Origin: Sedimentisphaerales bacterium
GTDB taxonomy: Bacteria > Planctomycetota > Phycisphaerae > Sedimentisphaerales > Anaerobacaceae
NCBI GenBank assembly: GCA_963708075.1
Contig: OY970194.1
Location: 5,376,001-5,440,000 of the forward strand
Reading direction: 5' to 3'
Length of the DNA: 64,000 nucleotides
Below, one piece after another: positions 32,279-42,400 of this stretch (position 1 is its first letter; each line of letters begins with the position of its first letter). The notes beneath the pieces are model-generated. The model saw only the letters and a program-made list of their open reading frames with translations. It was not told the DNA's origin and did no database searches. The position numbers and the translations under genes were made by a program.

Positions 32279-32571
32279 TGTCATTGCGAGTCGCTGAGCC
32301 GCTTTGCGGCTGGTGCCGGGAAGAATCCGGAGGGTGTGGGTGCCATGCTTACGCTCGCGTAAGCATGCCTTGCCCGCCCAGTGGAACATGTCTACGCAAG
32401 CGTAGACATGGCACCCGGCCCCTCTGAAAATACGCCGGACAGATCTCCGCGTAGGGCGAGCGCCCCCGCTCGCCCAAGGTCGTGCGAGGACGCACGACCT
32501 ACGAAGAGCATGGCATTTCCATCCTCTTCGGGCGCGCCAAAGGCCCATGAATGGCTACGCTCGCAATGACA
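32279..32571. repeat. Nested REP-like palindromes between gyrA and holA
   Basis: Outer TGTCATTGCGAG (32279-32290)/CTCGCAATGACA (32560-32571) encloses a GGGTGCCATG..CATGGCACCC doublet (32338-32416) and a GTAGG..CCTAC doublet (32451-32502). Confidence 0.85.
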
Positions 32572-32613
32572 AACTGAAGTCGGTTTTGAGATGGTTTGTG
32601 AGACTGTTAAATT

Positions 32614-32670
32614 GGTCCTATTCGTCCTGTGGGGCCACGAAGTCCATAGGACGAATAGGACTCATAGGAC
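32614..32670. repeat. Inverted short tandem repeats with ~9-bp period (ATAGGACnn)
   Basis: The same family occurs at ~59417-59531 and ~60725-60800. Confidence 0.75.
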
Positions 32671-32684
32671 TTCCCGCCACGACC

Positions 32685-33677
32685 ATGGCTGATCGCATCT
32701 ATGTCATCGCAGGCAAGGACGAATCGCTCGTCGGCGCCAAGTGCCAGGAGCTTCTGGACAAGCTGCTTGATTCCCAGCAGCGAATGACGGCGCTGCTGTC
32801 CGTAAGTGGCGAGGAGGCGTCCATTTCCGATGTGCTCGACGAGTTGCGGACCCTTCCGTTCCTGGCGGACAAGCGCGTGGTAGCCGTGAAGGGGGCCGAT
32901 GAGTTCATCTCGAAGCACCGGCCCATCCTCGAGAAGTACTTCGAGAAGCCCGCGCCGACCGGCATCCTGGTCCTGACCGTCTCGAGCTGGGCCGGCAATA
33001 CGAAGTTGGCGAAGAAGCTGCCCAACGTTGGAAAGCTCATCGAGATCACCCAGCCGAAGCGGGCGATGCTGCCGGGCCTGCTGACGCAGTATGCCGCCGA
33101 AAAGCATAAGGTCAAAATCAATCGGGATGCGGTGGAGGTGCTGATTGATTTGGCTGGAGAGGAGCTGACGCAGCTTTATAACGAGATCGACAAGCTGACT
33201 CTTTTCGCCCGCGGCGAGAACGTGATTACCCTGCAGCATGTGGAGTCGCTCGTCGGCCATCACCGCGTGTACGACGCGTTCGAGGTCATCGACGCAATGG
33301 CCGCGGGCGATCCGGGACAGGCCGTGAAACGCCTTCGCAACATGTTCGAAGAGGGCAAGGACGCGGAGTACTCGGTCGTCGGCGCCTTCGCCTTTCACGT
33401 CCGCCGCATGTTCCAGGCCAAGGCCATGCTCGAAAAACGCATGAATCCCGGCGAGATCGTCAGCCGCCTGCGCATCTGGTCCAACAAGGACCGATTCTTC
33501 GCCCAGCTCCAGCGCATGTCCCTCACCCAGGTCGCTGGCCTCCTCGATGAGCTGGCCGCCATCGACTACGCCACCAAGACCGGCCAGGCCCAGGCCCCCG
33601 TCGCCATCGAACAACTGGTCCTCAAACTCGCCGGCGCCACGGCTTCCCCGCCCCGCGCAATTCCACCCCAGCGATAA
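32685..33677 (+). CDS. holA: DNA polymerase III delta subunit
   Basis: 'IYVIAGKD', 'ELRTLPFLADKRVVAV', 'LYNEIDKL', 'IDYATKTG', 'IEQLV'. Confidence 0.9.
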   Translation: MADRIYVIAGKDESLVGAKCQELLDKLLDSQQRMTALLSVSGEEASISDVLDELRTLPFLADKRVVAVKGADEFISKHRPILEKYFEKPAPTGILVLTVSSWAGNTKLAKKLPNVGKLIEITQPKRAMLPGLLTQYAAEKHKVKINRDAVEVLIDLAGEELTQLYNEIDKLTLFARGENVITLQHVESLVGHHRVYDAFEVIDAMAAGDPGQAVKRLRNMFEEGKDAEYSVVGAFAFHVRRMFQAKAMLEKRMNPGEIVSRLRIWSNKDRFFAQLQRMSLTQVAGLLDELAAIDYATKTGQAQAPVAIEQLVLKLAGATASPPRAIPPQR

Positions 33678-33728
33678 ATCGCTGAGACCACTTTCTCTCC
33701 GCCTGCCGCTGCCACCCGCCTCAGTGCT

Positions 33729-33938
33729 CTAAAAAGCCGAGGAAGAGGTCAAGCAAGTGGTTCTTGTGCTACAGCCTATGTAAAGGATTCCATCTTTGTC
33801 CGTTTGGAATAGGCGTTTGATGTGGATAGGGCGAGCCACCTTACCTTTTCCTTTCACGACGCGAATTTTATATACCCCACACGCCGATGCTGGGATACAC
33901 GGCTCCGCCCTCTCAACCGGATACCATCCGTACGCCAT
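33729..33938 (-). pseudogene. Truncated GIY-YIG nuclease (N-terminal part)
   Basis: RBS GGAGG; 'CGVYKIR...ILYIGCS', then the frame ends before the remainder of the domain. Confidence 0.55.
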
Positions 33939-34134
33939 GATCTTGCCTCCATAACCATACCGATAGTAAACTGTGACACCAGACGGTGCTGGTCATTCCA
34001 AGGCAGGGCCACAGCGCGGACAAGGGGTAGCTGTGATTAGCCCAGTATATTGTTGCCCTATGTTTCATGGACCCGAATGGTTTCGCAGGGCGGGCGAGGA
34101 CGCCCACCCCACGGGGAGAACCGCCGCGCTCTTC

Positions 34135-34188
34135 GTAGGTCGTGCGTCCCCGCACGACCCTTTGGACGAGCGGGGACGCTCGTCCTAC
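34135..34188 (-). repeat. GTAG-type REP doublet, family E
   Basis: GTAGGACGAGCGTCCCCGCTCGTCC..CCTAC followed by GAAGAGC; related copies at 22773-22874 and 32451-32502. Confidence 0.85.
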
Positions 34189-34277
34189 GCTGAGAGCCTG
34201 GGGCATCGTCTGTAGAGCATCCTCAGCGAACTGGCACTGTCGCCGGGCACTTGCATTGTGACGGATCGACTGTGACA

Positions 34278-34710
34278 ATGATGAGTATGGCAGACGACGA
34301 GATCCTATTCTATGACCCAGAGGCAGCCAAGGAAATCTACAGGCGTCACCTGCCTCACTGGAGTCAGCGCGGACGGATGTATTTCGTCACATTTCGCCTG
34401 GCGGACTCCATACCGGCCGCACGGGCTGCGGAACTGCGGCGAGAGCGTGACGCGTGGTGCAAAGCCCATTCAGGGCCACGAACCCCCGCGGAATGGGAGG
34501 AGTATCACAAGCTGTTCTCAGTTCGAGTCGAGCAGTGGTCGGACCAGTGCTCCGGTTCCTGTCTGCTGGCTGATCCGTCATGCGCCCAGATTGTTGTGGA
34601 TGCGATGGGCTTCTTCGAGGGCCAGCGCTACGAGCTCGACCAGTGGGTGATTATGCCCAATCATGTTCATGCCCTCGTGACGATGAAGGAGGGTTTCGCC
34701 TTGGAAGGAA
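34278..34710 (+). pseudogene. Truncated REP-associated tyrosine transposase (Y1/HUH)
   Basis: 'RRHLPHW', 'YFVTFRLADS', HUH 'WVIMPNHVHAL'; the C-terminal 'WQ...YI..NP' catalytic Tyr region is missing. Confidence 0.8.
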
Positions 34711-34717
34711 GAAACAC

Positions 34718-35491
34718 ATGGACAAGCCAACCTGTTACACGTGCGTTTTTGCGTATTGGGACCGGGGTCTGTGGCTGCGGAGCCTGACGTCGGGTTTTCC
34801 GATCCGCCCGCTCTGCGCCAATCAGCCCGACGCGCCGGGCCACGAGCGCGAGACCCCCTTTGGCCGGGTCTGCCGCAACTACCGGCTCAGGCCCGCCACC
34901 CCGGACCTGGCCGACGGCACAGTCAAGCGAATCCCCATCACCGGCGGCCTGTACGCCTACGTCGATGCCGCCGATTACGAGGCCATCAGTCGCCACCACT
35001 GGCGCTTAGTCGGCGGCGGCTACGCGGGCCGGTATGAGAAGGGCAAGTGCATCCTCATGCACCGCCAGATCATGAACCCGCCCGAGGGCATGGTCGTCGA
35101 CCATCTCAGCGGCAATCGCATGGACAACACGCGCAGCAACCTTCACGTCTGCACGTCCGCCGAGAACTGTCGCAACCGGCCCAAGCGCCGGGGCAGCTCC
35201 TCGAACTACTTCGGCGTGTACTGGGTCAAACAGAGGAACAAATGGATGGCTGTGATCTGCCTCGGTGGCAAGCACAATCGCACGATAGGCTATTTCGACG
35301 ACGAGAACCGATGCCGCCCGCGAGTCCATGCCCATGCCCAGCGCACCGCGAAACAACAGAAGACCACCCCGAGAAAGACGGGACGAAAGAAGACCCGTAG
35401 GGGCGAATCATCATTCGCCCGCGCATCCGCCACCCTGCAAGGACCCGGAGGCCGCAAGCCAGGAAAGTCCAAAGGCAAGAAACGAACGTAG
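34718..35491 (+). CDS. HNH endonuclease with a truncated AP2 domain (possible pseudogene)
   Basis: 'MHRQIM', 'VDHLSGNRMDNTRSNL', 'EN.RN', AP2 start 'SNYFGVYW...KWMAVI...IGYFDDE'; the tail then diverges and runs through REP DNA. Confidence 0.8.
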   Translation: MDKPTCYTCVFAYWDRGLWLRSLTSGFPIRPLCANQPDAPGHERETPFGRVCRNYRLRPATPDLADGTVKRIPITGGLYAYVDAADYEAISRHHWRLVGGGYAGRYEKGKCILMHRQIMNPPEGMVVDHLSGNRMDNTRSNLHVCTSAENCRNRPKRRGSSSNYFGVYWVKQRNKWMAVICLGGKHNRTIGYFDDENRCRPRVHAHAQRTAKQQKTTPRKTGRKKTRRGESSFARASATLQGPGGRKPGKSKGKKRT

Positions 35492-36397
35492 GGGCGAATC
35501 ATCATTCGCCCGTCCATCATTCGTCCGCGCCGATGCGAATTCACCCGAGCGTTATCCGCCTGGACCGTATCTGTCGCGGGCCCAGGATGCTGGATTGTCG
35601 GCAATGTATTGCCGGATTAGGTTCAGCGATTTCTCATTGCGAATGATGTGCTCGTGATAATTGCGCTGCCAGACATCGTCAAGCCCGACGTTTTCCCGCA
35701 TCCATTTCGTGACGCCGATCTTGAAACCACGAAGGATCGATCCAACGGTCTGCGAAGTCCCCCGCGGGCGTGACGGCGCGGGCGGATGATGGACGGGCGG
35801 ATAATCATGTGGAGGGTCGGGCGAATGATTATCCGCCCCTACGAGGTTCCCCGTTGGCGTAACCAGATCATCCTTCGCCCGGATGAACAATATTCCGTGG
35901 ATGTGGTTCGGCATGACGGTGAATTCATCCACCTCGACCTGCGGGAAATGCGTGGGAATCTCGCGCCAACATTTCTCGACCGTGCGTCCGGCGTCGTTCA
36001 ATTCCATGGCATCGCCGACGATGCGCCCGAACAGACACCGATGGTCCCGGGTGCACACGGTCACGAAATACGCTCCGGCCTGTGAATAGTCATAATCCGC
36101 CAACCGAACCGACCGGCGCTTTGGCAAATCACGTTCCATAGTGTCCCCGCCTTCGTGCGCACGAATGATGATTCACAATAACGGGCGAATGGTACTCGCA
36201 CAAGGGACGGGCGAATAATGATTCGCCCCTACAGTTCTGTTTACACGACACGCGCAAACCTCGGTCCGCCCGTCCGTCGTTCGCGCATGGCCCGTTCGCC
36301 TGCGCCCGCTATCGGCCAAGTCATCATCCATCCGCATCCGGCGTACCCCGTAGGGGCGAATCATCATTCGCCCGTTCCCGCGAATCATTATTCGCCC
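35397..36397. repeat. REP family GTAGGGGCGAATCATCATTCGCCC flanking and inside the RAYT
   Basis: Copies at 35397-35420, 35488-35511, 35819-35842 (-), 36209-36232 (-), 36350-36373; partial copy at 36379-36397. Confidence 0.9.
35552..36139 (-). CDS. REP-associated tyrosine transposase (RAYT)
   Basis: 'RRSVRLADYDYSQAGAYFVTVCT', 'VMPNHIHGI', 'VWQRNYHEHIIRN', 'QYIADNP'. Confidence 0.92.
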   Translation of the reverse strand: MERDLPKRRSVRLADYDYSQAGAYFVTVCTRDHRCLFGRIVGDAMELNDAGRTVEKCWREIPTHFPQVEVDEFTVMPNHIHGILFIRAKDDLVTPTGNLVGADNHSPDPPHDYPPVHHPPAPSRPRGTSQTVGSILRGFKIGVTKWMRENVGLDDVWQRNYHEHIIRNEKSLNLIRQYIADNPASWARDRYGPGG

Positions 36398-37346
36398 GCC
36401 GTTGTTCGCCCGTCACAGAAGAGGCTTGTCGGAGTTCCGCGATCCAGGTGTCGGATTGGGCTTTGCTATAGCCGAGGAAGGCGGAATCGGGATCATGGCT
36501 GGCGAAGGACCGGCCGGCGATGGTTTTGTTGGCGTTGGCGTAGCAGTAGATGCAGCCGTGAGGGCAGGTGTCGTAGGTTCCGATGTCCACGCTTTCCGTG
36601 CAGCCGCACTCCTTTCGCGTTGGCTTGTCCTTGTATTCGCACCCGTCGGGCGGGAACAACTGCTGGATGATCGTGCCGTCGATGCAGTGGGCCTTTTGGA
36701 TGGACGGGCTGAGAAGGTACTCGCCGCAGCAGGAGTACATGCGGATGCCGTACCGCTCGGCGATGGAGGCGAGCCTGTCGGCTAGCGCAATCTTCTCCTC
36801 CGGATGCCGGTCGATCACGTGAACACCGGCGTGCTCCTGCATTTGCTGAAAGTTGCGTTTGACCTTGCTGTACTGCGTGACGAAGCTGAAGTAACACCGC
36901 TCAACACGGCCCGCCAGTCTCGCGGCCAGACGCGTGAAGGCGTCGAGATAGAAAGCGTCGTCGGTGATGTCGGAGAGCACGATCGGGTCGAATCGCCAGT
37001 TGATGTGCCTTGGCGAATAGCGCTCGCTCAGGTACAGGAGCGTTTTGAGAGCAGCATCCTTATCCACGTGGCTCTCGAAGACGGCGGGCAGGGCCGTGAG
37101 CGTGTAGTTGAAATAGAACCTGTAGCCGAGCTGGTCCAGCGTCTCCAGAGGCTCGATGAACGGCGTAAAATCCTTCGACCAGAAGACAAAGCAGCTCACA
37201 TCCTCCGGCTTGAGCGAGACCAGGTAGCGCTTGCCCCCGAACGGATTCACCGCGCCCGCATACCCCTCGCGCAGCCGGCGCATGAACCAGTCCCCATAGA
37301 ACGCCGACACATCCGTCCGCCGAGATACCGAGATGATCCGCTTCAT
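36324..37346 (-). CDS. DUF1848 family protein
   Basis: 'IISVSRRTD', 'FWSKD', 'WRFDPI', 'CIDG', 'ECGCTESVDIGTYDTCPHGCIYCYAN'. Confidence 0.88.
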   Translation of the reverse strand: MKRIISVSRRTDVSAFYGDWFMRRLREGYAGAVNPFGGKRYLVSLKPEDVSCFVFWSKDFTPFIEPLETLDQLGYRFYFNYTLTALPAVFESHVDKDAALKTLLYLSERYSPRHINWRFDPIVLSDITDDAFYLDAFTRLAARLAGRVERCYFSFVTQYSKVKRNFQQMQEHAGVHVIDRHPEEKIALADRLASIAERYGIRMYSCCGEYLLSPSIQKAHCIDGTIIQQLFPPDGCEYKDKPTRKECGCTESVDIGTYDTCPHGCIYCYANANKTIAGRSFASHDPDSAFLGYSKAQSDTWIAELRQASSVTGEQRRANNDSRERANDDSPLRGTPDADG

Positions 37347-37457
37347 CGCATCTGACCTTATCAGCATGAGCACATCCCAACCCACCGCTTTCATCGTACC
37401 CGCGGACCCGCAATGTGGCAAGGTGCATTTGCCCTTGTCGCTCGTTGTATCACGTGC

Positions 37458-37486
37458 TTGACGGGGTTCGTGCGGCGCTATACACT
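37458..37486 (+). promoter_or_regulatory. Putative sigma70 promoter
   Basis: TTGACG 37458-37463, 17 bp, TACACT 37481-37486, upstream of RBS AAGGAG. Confidence 0.5.
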
Positions 37487-37550
37487 CTCCTCCCGGCCAT
37501 GTGAATTGGCGACCTGAAGGACCTGGAACCTGCATTGGAAAGGAGAGATC

Positions 37551-38663
37551 ATGATGGGAACGACGCTTGCACGGACGCTGTGGTATCTGCCGGTGGTTCT
37601 TCTGGCATTGGCTGCCGCCTCATGCCAGCCTGGACCGGGAACGGGAGATCTGATCAGCGAGCCTTACCGGCTCGACACGGGGCTGGTGTCGCGGTCGATC
37701 TGTTTTGAGAACCCGACCGGGGCGCCGGGCGAGGGGGGCAAGACGGCGAGCAACCTGGGTGTCGGGCGCAAGGGCTCGCCGGCCATCACGCTCACCCCGG
37801 GCCAGCAGGTCCAGCTCTGCGACATCCAGGGCCCCGGCACGATTCGCCACATCTGGATGACGACTTCGAACAACCCGATGAACCTGCGCAGCCTTGTGAT
37901 CCGCGGCTGGTGGGACGACCAGGCGCATCCGAGCATCGAATGTCCCATCGGGGACTTCATGGGCTTCGCGCACGGCAAGGTCCAGCCCTACGTTTCCGCC
38001 GTGCACTCTCTCGGCGGCAACGCCGGCATGAACATCTGGCTGCCCATGCCATTCGCCACGAGGGCCGGGTTCACGCTCACCAACGAGGGCAAGGAGAGCG
38101 TCCCGCTGTTCTACCAGATCGATTACACGATCAACGACAAGCATCCGGTGGACGTGGGCCGGCTGCACGTGCTGTTCCGCCGCGAGAACCCGACGACGGA
38201 AAAGAAAGACTTCGAGCTGCTGCCCAAGCGGACCGGCAAGGGCCGATACGTCGGCGCCCTGATTGGCATCCGTAACATGCATCCGGACCTGTGGTGGGGC
38301 GAGGGCGAGATCAAGATCTATATGGACGGCGACAAGGATTTCCCGACGATCGTCGGCACGGGCAGCGAGGACTACGTCGGGCTGTCCTACGGCATGCAGC
38401 AGACGCCGTACCTCTACAACGGCTGCAATCTCGACCAGAACAACTTCGTCTCCATGTACCGCTGGCACCTGCCCGACCCGATCTACTGGAAAAAGGAGGT
38501 CCGCATCACGATCCAGCAGATTGCCTGGCAGAAGGGCCTGGCCGAGGTCCAGGACGACTGGTCCACGGCCACGTTCTGGTACGAACCTGTTCCCAGTGCC
38601 CCTTTGCCGCCGATGCCCAACCAGGAGGCCCGGACCACCGACATGTGGCAAGACAAGAAGTGA
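37551..38663 (+). CDS. DUF2961 / GH172 family lipoprotein
   Basis: Lipobox 'AASC'; 'GPGTIRHIWMT', 'WWGEGE', 'GTGSEDY', 'YRWH..DPI'. Confidence 0.85.
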   Translation: MMGTTLARTLWYLPVVLLALAAASCQPGPGTGDLISEPYRLDTGLVSRSICFENPTGAPGEGGKTASNLGVGRKGSPAITLTPGQQVQLCDIQGPGTIRHIWMTTSNNPMNLRSLVIRGWWDDQAHPSIECPIGDFMGFAHGKVQPYVSAVHSLGGNAGMNIWLPMPFATRAGFTLTNEGKESVPLFYQIDYTINDKHPVDVGRLHVLFRRENPTTEKKDFELLPKRTGKGRYVGALIGIRNMHPDLWWGEGEIKIYMDGDKDFPTIVGTGSEDYVGLSYGMQQTPYLYNGCNLDQNNFVSMYRWHLPDPIYWKKEVRITIQQIAWQKGLAEVQDDWSTATFWYEPVPSAPLPPMPNQEARTTDMWQDKK

Positions 38664-38688
38664 CGCGCAACTAGAGAAAGGAAGACAG

Positions 38689-39327
38689 ATGGTTAGCAAG
38701 AGATGTTTGATTGTATTGACGGTAGCAGCGTTAGTGCTCACGGGTTGTCACAAGCCGGCGGAGAACGCCGCACCGAGTGCCGGTGTGACAAAGACGGGAT
38801 CCGCGAAGCTCTTCAATGGCAAGGACCTGACCGGCTGGCAGGCCGAGGGCAATGCCCGCTGGGTGGTTGAAAATGGCTTGCTCGTCGGAACCCAGGGCGC
38901 CAACAACGCCCCCGGCGACCTGTTCACGACAGAGAGTTTCCGCGACTTCGAGGCGAGCGTCACGTACCGCACGGAGTGGCCCTGCAACAGCGGCGTGTGG
39001 TTCCGCTACCAGACACCGGACAAGGCGTATCAGGCCGACATCCTCGAATACAAGAACCCTGAGGCCTACTCGGGGACCCTGTATTGTCCCGGCAAGCTGT
39101 TCCTGGCCATCAACAAGGATAAGACACTCGTCAACCGCGACGGTTGGAACACGATCAAGATCCGGGCGGAAGGCGACCATCTGCAAATCTGGCTCAACGA
39201 CCGGCAGGTGGCCGATGTACACGACGCGACGACCGATTCCGGCAGGATCGGTTTCCAGGTCCATCCCGGCGCCGAGTTCGGCCCGATGAAAATCGTCGTC
39301 CGCGAGGTCCTGCTCAAGAGGCTGTGA
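38689..39327 (+). CDS. DUF1080 (3-keto-disaccharide hydrolase) lipoprotein
   Basis: Lipobox 'LTGC'; 'LFNGKDLTGW', 'NSGVWFR', 'GRIGFQVH'. Confidence 0.88.
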   Translation: MVSKRCLIVLTVAALVLTGCHKPAENAAPSAGVTKTGSAKLFNGKDLTGWQAEGNARWVVENGLLVGTQGANNAPGDLFTTESFRDFEASVTYRTEWPCNSGVWFRYQTPDKAYQADILEYKNPEAYSGTLYCPGKLFLAINKDKTLVNRDGWNTIKIRAEGDHLQIWLNDRQVADVHDATTDSGRIGFQVHPGAEFGPMKIVVREVLLKRL

Positions 39328-39362
39328 CCCGGATCAGGAGTGATCTGCGGGTTATGTGGTTC

Positions 39363-39463
39363 TGTCATCCTGAGCGTCAGCGAAGGATCTGGCCCGAGCA
39401 TGAGAGGTTCCCCTCATATGCGTGCCGGATCCTTCACTTCGCTTCGTTACGTTCAGGATGACA
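39363..39463. repeat. TGTCATCCTGAG...TCAGGATGACA palindromic repeat between convergent genes
   Basis: 11-bp terminal inverted repeat with inner GAAGGATC/GATCCTTC arms; supplies the stop codon of the minus-strand gene. Confidence 0.8.
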
Positions 39464-42400
39464 CACGCGCATCGTACGGCGGTGGAACCAGCGAGTTGAG
39501 ATACTCCTCCAGGTTCGTGTAGCCGTCACCGTCGCGGTCTTGAGGTCCATCCGCAGAGTCATTGGAATTGAGGTTGTGTGAGCGCTCCCACTCGTCGGGC
39601 ATGCCGTCGTGATCGGAATCGGCTGGCGGAGGCGTGGACTTCAGAGTCGGCCAGCCGCCCACGGCCTTCTGCGAGTCGATGATCCCTTTTCCGCCGCCGC
39701 CCCAGGTTTCACCGTACGTGGCGGTTCCCGTGCGGATCTCCTCGATAATGCGGGCGTCCACCGCATCGCGGGCGAGCGAGGCGCCCGCATGCTTCAGCAC
39801 GAGTTCAAAGGCTTCCTCCGCCGTCTGCGTTCGCACGGGTGCGACGACGAATGGGTCATTCACACGCAGGGTCGCCTGCGAAGCGCCCTGGTCCGGCTGG
39901 AAGTCGATGCCGCCGGCCCAGTTATCTGTGGAGATTGCGGGGAAACCCCAGACGAAATTGCCCTGGGTGAACGCCTTGCTGCGCGGATCGCTCTGGATGA
40001 AGATCCTGCGGCGGACGTCCTTGTCGGTGGCGGGGCCGTACTTGTAGTAATTATTGATCCAGTTACGAGGCCAGCCCTCGCCGCCATAGGAACTGTTGAA
40101 GCCCCAGTTGTAGATCACATTGTTGCGGAAGTCCATCAGGCCGGATTCCTTGTTGCCCGAGGCGCGGGGGTTACGGCTGGCGTGGTGTGCGAGAATGTTG
40201 TGGTGCCAGGAGCCGCCGGGCCCGCCCCAGAGTCCGCCGTAGCCGTGCTTGCCTTTCTTGTGAATCGAGCCGTGCAGGCTCTCCGTGACCATGCACCACT
40301 GCGCCGTCAGATTGGAGGCCTTGTTGATGGAGAAGGTTCTCATCGACGCTCCAACTGGCGGAGCAGTGATCGATCATGACGTACTGGCCGTTGCCGCCAA
40401 AGCTGTCGGATTCCTGCCGGCACTCATCGCCCAGACGAAACCGCATATAGCGGATCGTTACATGGTCGGCCTCGAAACTCGTCTTGTAGTTCTTCACACA
40501 AATCCCATCGCCCGGCGCCGTCTGGCCGGCAATGGTGATGTATGGATTCTTGATTTTGAGCGGAGACTGCAGCGGGATCGTGCCGGAGACGCGAAATACG
40601 ACTGTGCGTGGTCCCTTGGCCTCGCAGGCCTCGCGGAGACTGCCCGGACCCATATCGTGGAGATTGGTCACCTCAAAGACCCGTCCGCCCCGTCCCCCGA
40701 GCGTGTACTTGCCAAAGCCTTCAGCGCCGGGAAACGCCGGCGCACGATCCGGCGCATTCTTCTCAGAATCACCTTGCCGCTCACCTCGCCATAGTCTATC
40801 TGGCACCGCCAGCCCGCCGGCAGGACCACGCGGTCGAACCGGCCCTCCAATCTCTTCACACCCTCAAACAGGGCAAATACGCTCGCCTGGTGTGGCTCGT
40901 ACCGGCCGGCAAACTGCACTTCCAGCGTGCCGCCCAGCCGCCACTGCCCGCCGGTGACAGGCTGCAGAACATGGTCGCCGGAAATGACAAACGTCATCAC
41001 AGAATCCGGACCGAGCGAATACTTCTCGCTTTCCGCGATTTCTCCACGGATGCGACGCGGTACGGCTGAGGAGGTCTCTCGCAGCGTGGTGCCCCGCAAC
41101 AGGACGTTCGGGTCGGCAACGAAGCCGGCGCGTTTCGCTAACGGCCAGACAACTCGCTCGTCGTCGCCGGCCCGCGGGCCGATTTGCTCGAAGGGGACTC
41201 GCTGGAAGCCTTGCAGCGAGTAGGCGGGCGAATCGTCGCGCAGGGCCAGGTTCAGGTTCTGCTCATCGACGAACCGCGGGTCCTGGTCCTCGATGTTATT
41301 CTCGATGGCGTAGAAGTCGAACCCGCCGCAGGCCCCGAGGCAGTTCTTCTCCAGCCATCGCTTGTTCTGCCGGCCGATGTTGGCGCGGATGACACAGCCT
41401 TCCGGCTCCTTCGCCTGCTCGTAGCCATTGTCGAGGATATGAGCCAGGCGCGGGTATCGCGTGCTCCACGGCGGCTCCGTGTAGTTGTATCGCTTGATCT
41501 TGTCGAGCAGTTTCCAGCTCTCGTCCTTGTCGATCCAGACCTTGCCGCGGCGGTCGGTGAAATGGGCCGAGCCGCACTTGGCGATCACATTGTTCTCGAT
41601 GGCGTTGTCGCGTCCGCCGCCGCACATGATCGCCCGCCCGCTGATCTGATAGAAGGTATTGCCAAAGACCGTGATGCCGCTGGCGCAGTCGTCGAGATAG
41701 ACCGCGTGGACGCCATTCGAGCCGGGCAGGTTGCTCTTGATATCGTGGAAAAAGTTGTGGCGGATGATGTTGCCGCGCAGGCCCCAGTCCCGGCCGCAGT
41801 AGATCGAGCCGGCGTCGTCCACCTCGTAGCAGACGCTGTGGATTTCATTCAGCTCGATCAGATGCTCGTTCCCACCGAAGAGGATTGCCGAGTGCGGCCC
41901 GTCGTAGAGCAGGTTGTTGCCGGCGATGCAGCCGACGCCGTTGATCTGAATCGCCGGGGCGTAGGTCCGCTCCCACCGGCCGAAATCATGGATGCGGCAA
42001 TCACGCGCGAAATTCCCGCATGAGATCAACTGTCGTCGATCCCCGCCCGACAGCGACACGCCCGTCTCGCCAATCCCGTGAATCTCGCAGTGCGTGACGC
42101 CGTTGTTCTCCCCCGACAACGTGATCCCATCCTTTCGAATGTTGCGGATCGTGCAATTGGCGACGAGATTGTCGCGCCCGCCGGAGATTTCGACGCCGTT
42201 GCCGGCGCCCATTTCAACAGTGAGCCCCTCAACATGGACGTACGATACATCTTTCATGGAGATGAGGGCCTGGGCCAAGGTGGAGATTTGAATCTCGGCT
42301 CCCTGCAGCTCCGAAGGCGGCCAGAAGTACAGGATATGCTGCTCGCGATCAAGGTACCACTCGCCGGGCCGGTCGATCTCCTCGAGCAGGTTGAGGACGT

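Noticed and set aside
33700..36400. Prophage
   Set aside because: HNH-AP2 and GIY-YIG fragments are present, but there are no structural, terminase or integrase genes.
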